Source: Nemertoderma westbladi
Taxonomy: Eukaryota; Animalia; Xenacoelomorpha
NCBI GenBank assembly: GCA_032718475.1
Contig: JAUCBJ010008313.1
Coordinates: forward strand, 62,001 to 126,000
DNA length: 64,000 nt
Reading direction: 5' to 3'
A program made the translations under genes and the position numbers. Position 1 is the stretch's first letter, and the number at the start of each line of letters is the position of its first letter. Of this stretch, positions 1-11,076 are shown one piece after another. The notes beneath the pieces are model-generated. The model was given only the letters and a program-made list of their open reading frames with translations, made no database searches and had not been told where the DNA came from.

Positions 1-211
1 GGCGTAGCATTCTTGTGAATGTGCCATCCAGAGATTTGGTGTCCTCAGCAGTTAGAGCCCAGCATGGACTCCCGTAGAGGAGTACTGGAACTACTGCTGC
101 TCTAAATAATCGGACCTTAAGTTTCCGATTAATTCTCGGTGACTTCCAAATCCTGGAAAGCCTATTCAAGGCTGCCCATGCCTTTCCCTTACGTATTCGA
201 AGGTCCTCACC
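1..211 (-). pseudogene. C-terminal RT/thumb fragment of an RTE-like LINE, continuing the fragment at 27017-27875
   Basis: Manual minus-strand translation gives EDLRIRKGKAWAALNRLSRIWKSPRINRKLKVRLFRAAVVPVLLYGSPCWALT...DGTFTRMLR. This directly continues ...FCYLGSWIRKSG at 27022 and matches the typical post-YLG region of non-LTR RTs. Confidence 0.88.
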
Positions 212-232
212 TGCCAATTTCCTCACCTGCTC

Positions 233-1372
233 AACCTGCCAATTTTAGTTGTCCTCTTGTTTATAAATCGACTTTAGCCTATATCGATTATTTAGTGTAC
301 TGAAGTTACATTAGCCGAAGCCAGTCTGTGCGCGATCATTCACCCACAGTTAAGGGAGACTGGATTCGGGTGCTTTGAAAGTTATTGCAATGTAGACCTA
401 CTGTATTATTCGATTAATCGTTACTATATAATCTCTGACAATATATTTACTTTCGGGGAAATATTAACAGTTCCTTTAGGACATGGCGCTTTAAGTATAA
501 AAACAGAGTTATGACTTATACTAATCACAACTAGATGGCCATAGAGTTTCATAAATAGCGCATTCTTTTGGAGATGCTTTATTATCTTTCACACTACTTC
601 ACACGACTTCACACTACTTCACACTACTGCACACTAATCTGCCGACCGTCACTGAATTTTATCATATATAAGGAAGATCGCAACTGACACTTGTAGGGAT
701 TATGAAATAGAATTTAATTCACACAAAAACCATTATAAGTTAAGTCGCAGTTGCTACCGGTAACCTGTTCCTCTCACCTTCAGTAATCAAGAAGATTGGG
801 TATTTTATGATTATTCATCGGTATTCTCCAAATATATCAGCAATATACATCAATATAACAACAATTAATAATAGAAGTAAAATAATGCGGTGAACAGTCA
901 GTATGTGTTACGTAATGCATTGAGTTCAGCAATGAGTCAGTATGTCGGTGATCCAGGTCACATTGGATTGGGTCAGATTTACGTTCTTATAATCAAAGCC
1001 ATCTAATGTTTTGGCCAAAGTCTGAAACTTCCAAAACAGAAGTACAGAAGATTCCAAGCCGGTTCTGAGGCTCAGAAAAAGGTAAACAAAGACCGTAATG
1101 CATTGCGCGGTTTTCCATAGGCCTCTGTCCAACATAAAGTGAAAATCACTCTGATTGGCTGAATAGGCAGAACAAAGAGGTTCCACGTCTACAGGAAATC
1201 AGCTGACAGATTTCGTCATCTGAGCTCCAATCTCTTCCCGTCGTTGGATAAATTTAGGGCTATCTTAGAGTATTCTGCGCATTGCGGCAAAAATGACTTG
1301 TTATGTCCGCAAAAGCACCTACACTGCGCATTGCGGGAAAAATGACTTGTTATGTCCGCAAAAGCTTTTACA
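233..1372 (-). repeat. 3' LTR of element A (outer ~29 bp replaced by filler)
   Basis: Near-identical to 25877-27016. Ends ...TTTACA on + (TGTAAA on -). Contains a 49-bp tandem duplication at ~1276-1365. Confidence 0.93.
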
Positions 1373-1380
1373 CCGCTCCC
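1373..1380 (-). promoter_or_regulatory. Short polypurine tract of element A
   Basis: GGGAGCGG on the minus strand abuts the 3' LTR. The identical sequence abuts the B LTR at 39687-39694. Confidence 0.6.
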
Positions 1381-1449
1381 AGAAAATGGGATTTAAGTCT
1401 ATAAAATATAAAAATCACAGTTTCTAAAATATAAAAATACTCTAAACGA

Positions 1450-2802
1450 TTAGTCCTTCTTACGTGAACAGCGTTTACGAAGTTTTTTGAGGCTAGCAAG
1501 AGTCCTTTTCTCTTTGGGGCGAGCCACTTTACTAGGAGGGCTATAACTCCTAGGTGAGGGGTGCAACACAATTGCATCGGAAGGTTTAGGGTTACGGTCG
1601 GTGTATCCACCGGTCGAGGTACCCGGTTGATCGATATCAACCTCAGTGGAACGAGGTCGAACAACCTTTAGAGCGCGTTTCAAGACAGCAGCTCTTACTG
1701 GTCCCTGACGGGTCATTTGCATGAGAGCGGTAGGCGGACCGTGAGTAGTAAGAAATTTCCTCGGTTTGATGGTTCTTTCTAACTTGCGTTCTCGGGCTCT
1801 ATATTCATAGGGTCGTCTATGAACTTCCTACAGTTCTGGATGCGAGTTGATGAACAAGTCACCATATTCTGGATCTTGACGGATGAAGTTGATCAAGTTA
1901 TAGGAATTTAGGTCATTGGGATTAATGTTCGTGAGGTACTTGCGAACAAATTTGGTCGAAATATTCTCGCCAACACGCTTCATTAGCTCGTAGCTAGGTG
2001 TGCGAGATTTTTGCTCAACGGAAGCAAATAGATACGGGTGAAACGCATAGACTCCTTCATAGGCACGTCCAGGGTAGTATCGATGACGTGACTCGCAATG
2101 GAGATCCGCGTTAGCTTCCCAGGCTCGAATGTAGCGCAGGGCAACCATTTCGTCTACGCTTTCCAGATCTCGGTTGAAAGGGCAATCAAAACTTGCGTGT
2201 CCTTTAAACTGGCAATGATGGCATTGAGTCATAAATTGAGGGCAGACTGCGAAGATGTGTAAGTTATTGAGTCTACAATACGCACAATAGATCTCCATGG
2301 TAGGTTGATCTTGAAAGTAGGAGCAGGGAACACTGGAGTCCACCAGGGTGAAGTGGTCTCGTGATGCGCATAATCGGCAACGTTTCCTAGAAACATAATT
2401 GGCATGCCGATAATCGTATGCGGTGAGACATTGTGGACCTTGATACCATTCCAGGACGTAGTCGTTGTCACTGCTCCTGGGCGCTGTGGGTTGAATCTCC
2501 TCGGACTCTAAGCAAATTGGTTCGTCTTCCAATTGCATAGCTGAGGTAGGTGTAGCTGTCTCCTCAAGCGAACCCACTGTTTGAACTTCCACGATAGAAT
2601 AACATTTGGGGATTCGGGGTCTTTGTATAACAGAGGAATGTAAGTTCTGTATACAAACGTTCTTGAAAATGGCGAACTACTCAGCAGCTGAGTCTCTTAG
2701 GCTGAGCTTAGTCAAAGCGTGGTCCTTGAACTGACTATCAACGTTACGGAACGGAGTCAGAAAGCGCCTAAAGCATTCGAATCGGATGAATTTATTGTAT
2801 TC
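1450..2802 (-). pseudogene. C-terminal part (zinc knuckles + basic tail) of the accessory ORF of element A
   Basis: ORFs 1828-2592 and 1450-1722 are in one frame, split by TAG where B has CAG. Motifs CRLCASRDH, YCAYCRLNNLHIFAVCP, CHHCQFKGHASFDC. Colinear with B 39765-41132. Confidence 0.85.
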
Positions 2803-3605
2803 CTAATATGTCTTACATTGATGGTAGAGAGCAGGGGAAGGCCTATGTCGTATTCAGAAATATTCAGAAATACGATCTCAGTAGGAGGATTCAACATTCG
2901 AAGACCATCTCCAAATGAATTTATCCCCAATCACTAAGGGAGGTGAACAACCAGATTTATGACACATAATGGTACCAGTTGTTCACAGACTATTAACGTG
3001 TCCTTTCAGTCCTTGTATCAATGGCCGTGGACTTGAGGAAATTATTGGTTGTTGATTATCTAATCAACAACAAGAGGGGTGGTAGGTGATACTATGAATA
3101 TCAACACAATGGTACATGGGCATGAGGTGCAGACACCAATATAAGCATCCAGATCAATAGTAAGGGATGGGGAGGTTTAGTAGGAGGCGATACAATCAAT
3201 ACCACGATACCACTATGATTGATCGATCATCTCCCAAAAGCTCCGAGCGCGTTGGGTAGAGAAGATGGGAAGAAGAGGGTTTTTTCTATCGACGTCTTGT
3301 ATCCTCGATAGCGATAGATAGAGGGAGAATAGTAGTAGGGAGGAGGAAGGATATGTGGGTAGTATCTATAAGATACCACAATGGACATGTTTTCCTTTTA
3401 CGTCATTACTCATTCTTACTCTTTAATTGTGACACTGATCACAATAATTGCAGGAAGAGGATGAAGTAAGAGGAAATTACAGCCTCCCGAAGGAGACCGC
3501 CCGTGAGCACACGCGCCCCGGGGAAAACTATTCACATTATGGACCCTGGACATTAACGTATGGTTTTTCTTCAGCTGGTTCTCCTCTACTTGTCTTTACA
3601 AACAT
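2803..3605. other. Foreign ~0.8-kb segment replacing the exonuclease portion of the A accessory ORF
   Basis: Similarity to B stops at ~2802 (B ~41132) and resumes at ~3606 (B ~43630). The intervening sequence has no counterpart that I could find in the window. Confidence 0.7.
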
Positions 3606-3994
3606 TCTTCCACATTCTCTCTTTCGAGTCGGTTTCGAATATAATTTTCGTGTTCGATTCTCAGTTTATCTTTCTGACTCCGCTGGGTATGATATTTAAA
3701 TAGGACCATTTCCCTTTCGGTGTCTACATCGTCCGTATCGTGTAAATCGATAGAATGACCAGTAGTTAAGAAGTCCATATATGTACCATTACGATGCGTA
3801 TAGCGAGCGGTGAATTTTCTATAGTCCAATTCACGCGTGAGCTGTTCCTTTGACATTGGCGGTTCGATATAACGGCCATCGTCTTCTGTAGTGGGTTGAC
3901 TAGCGTCGCCGCTTATTAAACTATCAACAAACGTTTACAATGGTAGGGTATATCGCTCCCTGATACCAAGATCATCTTCTATCAACTCAGTCAT
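3606..3994 (-). pseudogene. N-terminal remnant of the accessory ORF of element A
   Basis: MTELIEDDLG...EQLTRELDYRKFTARYTHRNGTYMDFLTTGH matches B ORF 42898-44019, with a premature stop. Confidence 0.85.
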
Positions 3995-5050
3995 AGCTGC
4001 TATATGAGTTTATCGATATTATAATTAATTATAATTTAGGCTAGCGGTCGTCGCTGCCTCCCCCTCAATGCCCCCGGACAGCGCAAGATCCTCAGCACTG
4101 ATGTACTGTTGTCACTGTGCCTCTCGCCAACGTAGTAGCTACACAACGACAACAATAACCAGCGCGAGTCACTCCACTGTCCGTCTCAAGGGCTTAGAAT
4201 TACTTCAGGTTCTTGCTACAGAGGCAGGGTAACTTTCACAACTGCGACTCGCTACTGTAAACACACTTTAGTAGTAACATTCACCTATAAATGCACAAAT
4301 TCCACACAACTGTCACAAATTGTATACATTCGGGCCATTTGTCCGTTAGTCAAGTGCCTTCCAGAATGCCACGTTATTATTATGTATCCCTGTATACTAG
4401 CAGTGTGCTATTTATTCCGTATGCTATTCAATGGGGCAAGCTTTCTATTGTTCTTTTAACTCGCTTCTAATTCTAGCGTGATTGTTGCTATGGTGACATT
4501 ATGGAAAGCTAGCAGTAGAATTAGGGTAATTCTCATGCATACAGATCTGGGATGCTATTTAATAGTAATTCTTTAATTGTCAATATTCCCCCTTATACAT
4601 GATTTTATGAAATTTATCGGCTATTGACTATATATTGGAGATTCTCGCACACTAATATACTTAATAGGGTGAATCTCCGCTCCCATGATCAATTAATTAA
4701 TGGAATTTTGGGAATGTTAAAAATTGTATAAAATGACAATTTATCAAATTCATGAGAGGATATGAATTTAAATTTATCCCCGTAAATTTTATTATTTAAT
4801 ATTAAAATAGACACAATTTTATTCCAGAACATGTCTGGGAACTAGAATCCTTAATTCTAGGAAATTAAGTAATTAAGTAATAAACACGAATATATTGTGC
4901 TAATCTACTGAATAATCGCTAAAATAATATTCTACTAAATAAAATTAAAGAAAACGACTATAATAATAAAATTACATAATAATACATACATAAATATAAA
5001 AATAATAAAAAATATAAAATAATGTAGTCACACACCCACTCCAGATGCTG

Positions 5051-8000
5051 TTACGTTGGGGAGTCCCTAGATGTTTGTTGGATTAGGGAGGTGGTCATGG
5101 GAAGAGTATCTTGCCTTCCATAGTCTCCGGATAGCTCTCTGTCTCTTTCCAGTAAACATAAACGACCAACTGGGCGATTGAGTTGTTGTGTTTCAAATAC
5201 AATTCCAGGTTTCTTAAAGTTACGTCGCATGACGACGAGTTCTACCGATCGGACTAAACCATCATAGGATATATGAGTCTCGATGATACGACCTGTCTGC
5301 CACCACTTATGTGGAAGATCTGATTCCACAATAAGGACCATGTCTCCGGCGCTGACGTTTTCTTGCTGCGCAAACCACTTGGTTCGAAGTTGTAGCATTG
5401 GCAAATAATGTTTTTCGAAATGGTCAGCGAAACGACGGGATAATAACTGCATGAGTTGCCAAGTTTGTCGGCAGTATTCGTCTCCGTCCGTGATTTCCGA
5501 TTGTGGGAGCATGGCTACAGGTTTCTTCAGTAGGAAATGCGCGGGTGTTAGCGCTTCTAGGGAGTCGGGACTCGATGAGACTGGCATAAGCGGTCTCTCA
5601 TTAAGATAGGCGGCAATTTCTTCCATTAACGTCCGCAAAAGTTCGTCGGTGAGATATGCGCGGCAAGGCACTATAAAGTGAAATGCGGTCTTCACGCTCC
5701 TTATTAATCTCTCCCAACTTCCTCCCCACCAAGGGGCGTCGGCGGTGTTGAAGGTCCAGCTAGATGCTGTTACCCTTAGCTGATCGTCCACCTGTCTTTG
5801 GTTCCAATCTTTAACGTAAGCTTTGATCTCATTATTGGCGCCAATGAAGTTCATTCCCTTATCAGATCTCATCGTGTTGGTAGTTCCAAAGCGAGCAATC
5901 TGTCGGCGTAAACTCAGTATGAAGCTGTTGGTAGATAGATCGTTCACCATATCTAGATGGATCGCTCTACAAGTCATACAGACAAAGATGACACACCATT
6001 GCTTGACTATAGTCCTAGCACGATATACTTCAATTGGGCCAAATAAATTCACACCAGTATTAGTAAAGGGTGGTTCATAGAAGCTTTCTCGTTCCCTAGG
6101 TAATTCTGCCTCTCGCTGTGTTAAAGGCCTACTGAATGCTTTCCTACAGGGTATACAGTTCCTAAGAACTTGGTTCAGAGCTCTACGGGGTTTATGGAAA
6201 TAATAGCAAGTTCGAATTTCGCTAAGAACTCGTTCTCTACCAGCATGGTAAAGTCTACTGTGAACATCTACAATCATCTTGATTTGTATTTCAAGATTTC
6301 TAATGAGTATGGGAAATTTAGTGTCAAAGGACAATGGAGCATTAGTTAATCTCCCTCCGACACGTATTAACCCATCTATCATTGTGCTAGAGAAACGATC
6401 CCTTAAGCGCATCAGTGGATTTCTCAATAACAGGAAATACTTATCGGAATCTTCATAGCATTGCAGGAGTCTCAGTATCTGCTTATTGGTTTCTTCATGC
6501 TCTTGATAACTGATCTTCTCCCTCAGAAACCTATCCGACACTTTATAAGCGGGAAGGTCTTTAACAGCATGGACCTGTTCGGATATCATCTGAGCGGTAT
6601 CATTAGCGATCTTCATCCTGGAATAGTGATGATGTAAGCATCTTTTGATATACACCACGGCCTTACAAAGCCGATTCCAGGAGCTATAATGATTTATCGC
6701 TCTCTGCAAGAGAGGTGAGAGTCCTTGCAAGACGTCTGGTGTTCCAGATTTCCAGTCTCTTTCTCTGATTTCTATAACAGATTTGTTTGTGGCGGGGGAG
6801 TTTAGATCCACAGCGTCGTCCCCGGAGATGTGTAGTACAGACAGATCTATCACGGGTTTAAATAACTTTGAATTACTCGTCCGGGTTTTAGGTTTGACTT
6901 TCTCTGCTCCCTTGGCTTGTCTAATCTCAGCCGTGGTGAGATGAGGAGGCCATTCATCCTCTTCTTTACTCAGGAAGTCGGGTCCACCTAAACAGTCTGG
7001 AGTATCTATCAGTTCTTGCGGGGTTGCTCCTCTAGAGGCGATGTCGGCTGGATTAATCGTCCCAGGGCAATGTCTCCATTGATCTACATTAGAGCGACTA
7101 AGTATAATGGCTACTCTGTTGTTGGTAACGAAGATGCTGAACTGACAGACTTCATTGGTTATATACTCCAAAACGAGTAAAGCATCAGTCCAATAGACAG
7201 TTTTCTCCAGTGGATAGTCGATCTGTTCTGTTACATTCCGGCCGATGGCTGTAGCGTATAGCGCCGCTTTTAACTCCGCTCGAGGAACTTTCAACTTGTT
7301 GTTTATCAATGCCTTAGAGGTAACCAAGGCGACTTTGATTCCATCCGGAGTTTCCACTCTCAGGTAGGCTACTATACCTATTCCCATATCGCTGGCGTCT
7401 CCAAACACATGGAGTTGATAGGAATACGTGGGGAGAACGTGACCAAAATATGAACGGGAAATCATAACGTTCTCGATGGATGGTAGAGAATCTTCCCATT
7501 TCATCCACTTCTTTAGTAGTTCTCCCTTAAGTGGATCATCCCACGAGTGGTTTTCAAGCCACATTTGTTGCACTAAGCTCCGAGCAACCAATATAACTGG
7601 ACTAATAAATCCCAATGGATCGAAATAAGTGCTCAGGATACTTAGACAAATCCGTTTAGTTCTAACTGGATTATCTCGCTGTTTTAACTGGAAAAACAAG
7701 ATATCTCTCTCCGTGTCCCATTTTAAACCAAGTGTTTTGGTTTCCGGAAGATCGTCCTTGATGAGGTCCAGATCTTTAACACAGCCTTGTCTTAATCCAT
7801 CTGGATGTCCAATAAACTTTAACGCCATTAACTTGGGAGGTCCTTCCAGGCACTCGATGAGGAATCTAAGTTTCTCTCCGTTGGATAGTACAGAGTTCTG
7901 TATGTTATCTTTATAATATTCATTAAAAGGTAACCATTTCATCTCATCTCCATTAAACTTGACGACATCTCCCACCTTTACCGCTTGATGGGCTTCGGTT

Positions 8001-8645
8001 CTAGCCATTTGACATGTAAAACTTTCTTGAGCCATCGTATTATTTAATATCGAGTTATCAATATATAAATTTCTCGGATTATGATCAGATCTGTATGGGA
8101 TATCATTATCAACAGGTTTATATACCCTTAATAGGGTTTACTATAGGAGTTTCTACTTCACTAGCAGTATATATGCGTGTAGGCTCCACACCTTGCGCAT
8201 GAAATACTTCAGACCTAACAGGTTGACACATTGTTACAGGGGGTGGTGGTATAACCATTTGTATATTTACTAATTTATCGCGCTCTAAGGCGATACTCTG
8301 TTCCACTTCTTGCAATTCTAACCTACTCTCTCTCACTGTTCCCTTTAACTGCTGAACAGTCCCTTCCAATTCGCGGACCTGCTGTGAAGACCGCCGTTTA
8401 TGGTCTTCCAGCTGCCTGAGCAGGCGGTTCATCCCCCGCCATCTCTCGTCCACCCACTCAACCGCGGAAGCGGGAGCCGCCAACATGGTAGCCGGGTGAC
8501 GCGTGGGGACGACGGGAGACAAGTCATTTATGTCTTGCTCGGCGTCCAGGACCATGAATGATTCCAGAGCTTGTCTACTGGGCACAGGTAGTTTTGTACT
8601 GTGCAAAGGGAATTTAGAGTTAGGTTCTAGAAGTACAGGGGTCTC
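5051..8645 (-). pseudogene. Element A gag(part)-RNase H-integrase; protease and RT removed by an in-frame deletion
   Basis: The 994-aa ORF has LHVFGDAS (RNase H), the H..H..C..C zinc finger, the DD35E region and the Pao C-terminal RPVGRLCLLE. At ~7780 gag sequence (B ~51180) is joined to post-RT sequence (B ~48335). Confidence 0.9.
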
Positions 8646-10011
8646 TGTTGCCGTTATTCCTACACCAGGGGGAAAAACGCCGATGCTGGAGACGTGACTT
8701 AACAGACCACCGAGCCCCGGCCAGTCACCGGATATTGATTGTGGGGAGGGAATATTTCTAAGATGCAAGTTTGCGGTTGAGAAAAGCTGCATTAGTTGGA
8801 TATACTCTTTAATGTAACTTCCTATAGTTGAAAACCTGATTAAGAATAATTTTGGGCTTCCCCAAATCAATATACACCAAATATTCACAATAATTATACA
8901 CGATAATATAAATCCCTACGGTATATTATTTAATAACCCACTGTTCGCTCAGAATTTTAGCCTACCTAATGTTCCCCAGATTTTCCCTCAGTCCCAGTCT
9001 TAGTGCCGTAGTGTCGGTGTCGGTCGACCCTGTCGCGTGTCCGTTCCACCCCTCACGAACCCCGAAGGGAACGATCATCGAGAACCAGCCCGGCTTGGCT
9101 AAGGGTCGGTCCAGTCGGTAGACTCTGTCGCGTATCCGTACCACCCCTCTCGAACCCCGAAGGGTTCGGTCATCGAGAACCAGCACGGCTTGGCTAAGAG
9201 TCTGTCGTGTCGGTGGACCCGTTCGCGTGTCCGTTCCACCCCTCACGAACCCCGAAGGGTTCGATCATCGAGAACCAGAACGGCTTGGCTAAGGGGTCTG
9301 TCGTCGGTTCCCGTCGCAAATCCCAGTCAAGCAGTCAGCGTTCCGAGTTCTTTTCAGGCTCGTAGTAGCTGCAGTTGACCCGAGACTGCTAAGGGCAGTC
9401 CTTGTCAAACCAGTCCTGTGGCCAGCCCTTTCGCATGTCCATCCCACCCCTCACGAACCCCGAAGGGATCGGTCATCGAGAACCAGTACGGCTTAGGTCA
9501 GGGGGCAGTCTTAAGTTGGCCACCTGTTCGCGTGTCCGCTCCACCCCTCACGAACCCCGGGGTTCGATCATCGAGAACCAGAACGGCTTGGCTACTAAGG
9601 GGCCGTCGGTGCCCGTCGCAAATCCCTGACACAAGCAGTCAGCGTTCCGAGTTCTTTTCAGTCTCGTAGTAGCTGCCGTTGGCCAGGGACCGCTAAGGGC
9701 AGTCCTTGTCCTTTAGGCCTGGCGCATTACCAAATCCACCCCTACAGGCAGCAGGAAGTTGGCCAGGGCCTAATAGTACTCAGGCTAACCTGAATACTGC
9801 TTGCATTTTCCATCCCCCCTGGCCCTTATAACTATGAAATTATTCCCGTACCCTGTAAGTTGCCCCAAAGTTCGCCCATAAATCGCCCCCAGTTTATTGA
9901 ATGTGCCCAAAACCCATGGTCCCGCACCCAGTAGTAATATCAGAATAATCAATTTTAATAAAATACAAAAATATTCAACTCGCGTTATGGAAAGTTGAAA
10001 TACCGCGAACA
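8646..10011 (-). repeat. 3' LTR of element D (1366 bp) with internal structured repeat array
   Basis: Near-identical to 21137-22239 except for a 263-bp indel in the repeat array. Confidence 0.95.
9025..9710 (-). repeat. Tandem array in D LTR: five ~85-95-bp hairpin units plus two ~95-bp units of a second type
   Basis: Core CCACCCCTCACGAACCCCGAAGGGTTCGATCATCGAGAACCAG recurs at ~9046, 9141, 9236, 9446 and 9541. Second unit type at ~9312-9405 and ~9614-9710. Confidence 0.92.
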
Positions 10012-10020
10012 GTCCCCCCC
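10012..10020 (-). promoter_or_regulatory. Polypurine tract of element D
   Basis: GGGGGGGAC on the minus strand immediately before the 3' LTR. Confidence 0.75.
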
Positions 10021-10176
10021 AATGACCTTCGTGAAGTCTGTCGGTCGATTGAGTTTGCGTAGGTCATTCCCAATATAAAAAATCCCAAATTTAATATTGC
10101 ATAGTTTTTAATTAATTTGGCCTAGAGTTTGTATAAAATAAATGTTCGATAAATGTTCCTGGAATATCCCAATCCA

Positions 10177-11076
10177 CTATTTCTTTTTCTGATACGCCTT
10201 CCGTCTCTTCGCCCGTCGACTCTCATCGATCGCTATGGCTGGTAGAGGAGCGTCAACATCCATCGTGAGTAACGCTTCGGCTTGTCTCCTGGCGGCTCTT
10301 CCTTTCGAAGGCAACGGGATCATGTCGGTTCGTCTTTCCAACTCGGAGTTGCGTGCCTCTAGGAACCATTCTCCGTCACCGAACTCCTCTTTATACGAAT
10401 ATAATCGTCTAATAACTTCGAATGGACCGAATAATCCGGCGCTCAGTAGCAGATCCACGTAATGGAAGGGTAGCGAGGCCGACGTGTGGAGGCGTTCCGG
10501 GAAGGAGAAATATCCGCACGCCATCTCCTGCGCGATATTCCGAGCGTTTCTCCGAAACTTGGTCTTTAAATGGCTGTTTGCGTATGTCTCAAACATGACC
10601 ATATTGCCCATAGCGGTAACGTCTTTGGTTGGACATTTAATATAGCAGCGGGGACTAGCGGAATGTCCACGGAAACCGCACGTGGTGCAGAGGTTATAAA
10701 GGATCGGACAGACCGAAACGTCGTGGCCCGATATCGCGCAGTATGGGCAATAGAGTATCCCGAGGAGCTGGAGGCAAGAATCGGTAACCCGATTCCTTCT
10801 GCTGCGTGGGCACTGCTCCGAACCGCAGTCGCCGCATACCTCCAACTGCATCTCTCGACCGGGGAATATCGGAATCGGGACGCCGGCGTAGTATTCGAGA
10901 CGTCGGTCGCTCTTCGGAATATTCTCGGTGGTCGGTAGCCCGCGGAATGCTGGGCTCTTGCGTAGTATGTTCTCGCTTCGATAACCCTCTTTGTGTCCCG
11001 CTGGTCTCAACTCGGATGACCGTTTCTGGCGGTGGATCCATTCAGTTTGCTCGGCGTACCAACGGGTTAGTCGCAT
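10177..11076 (-). CDS. Accessory ORF of D, C-terminal part: three Cys/His zinc knuckles + conserved tail
   Basis: CGDCGSEQC, YCPYCAISGHDVSVCP, CTTCGFRGHSASPRC, then FETYANSH and a basic C-terminus. Overlaps the upstream ORF by 35 nt in another frame. Confidence 0.8.
   Translation of the reverse strand: MRLTRWYAEQTEWIHRQKRSSELRPAGHKEGYRSENILRKSPAFRGLPTTENIPKSDRRLEYYAGVPIPIFPGREMQLEVCGDCGSEQCPRSRRNRVTDSCLQLLGILYCPYCAISGHDVSVCPILYNLCTTCGFRGHSASPRCYIKCPTKDVTAMGNMVMFETYANSHLKTKFRRNARNIAQEMACGYFSFPERLHTSASLPFHYVDLLLSAGLFGPFEVIRRLYSYKEEFGDGEWFLEARNSELERRTDMIPLPSKGRAARRQAEALLTMDVDAPLPAIAIDESRRAKRRKAYQKKK

Noticed and set aside
926-1186. Short ORFs in the A and B LTRs (also 26570-26897, 39406-39627, 56797-57009)
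   Set aside because: Non-ATG starts, not conserved between A and B LTRs, no motifs.
2809-3600. Possible solo LTR (TGTCTT...TTTACA)
   Set aside because: No target-site duplication, and the flanks show a 2.5-kb deletion, so it cannot be supported.
8118-8888. 256-aa ORF (also 20855-21379 and the ends of 22203-23942 and 26860-27645)
   Set aside because: Chimeric read-throughs across LTR junctions, not real genes.
9236-9280. Hammerhead ribozyme or SECIS reading of the LTR hairpin
   Set aside because: The core is UCGAUGA...UGAG, not CUGANGA...GAAA. The upper helix is only 7 bp with UUCG and lacks the SECIS AAR loop.
9025-9604. CRISPR-like repeat-spacer pattern in the D LTR
   Set aside because: Eukaryotic LTR context, no cas genes, ~70-bp repeats, and the variable linkers are base-pairing arms rather than foreign spacers.
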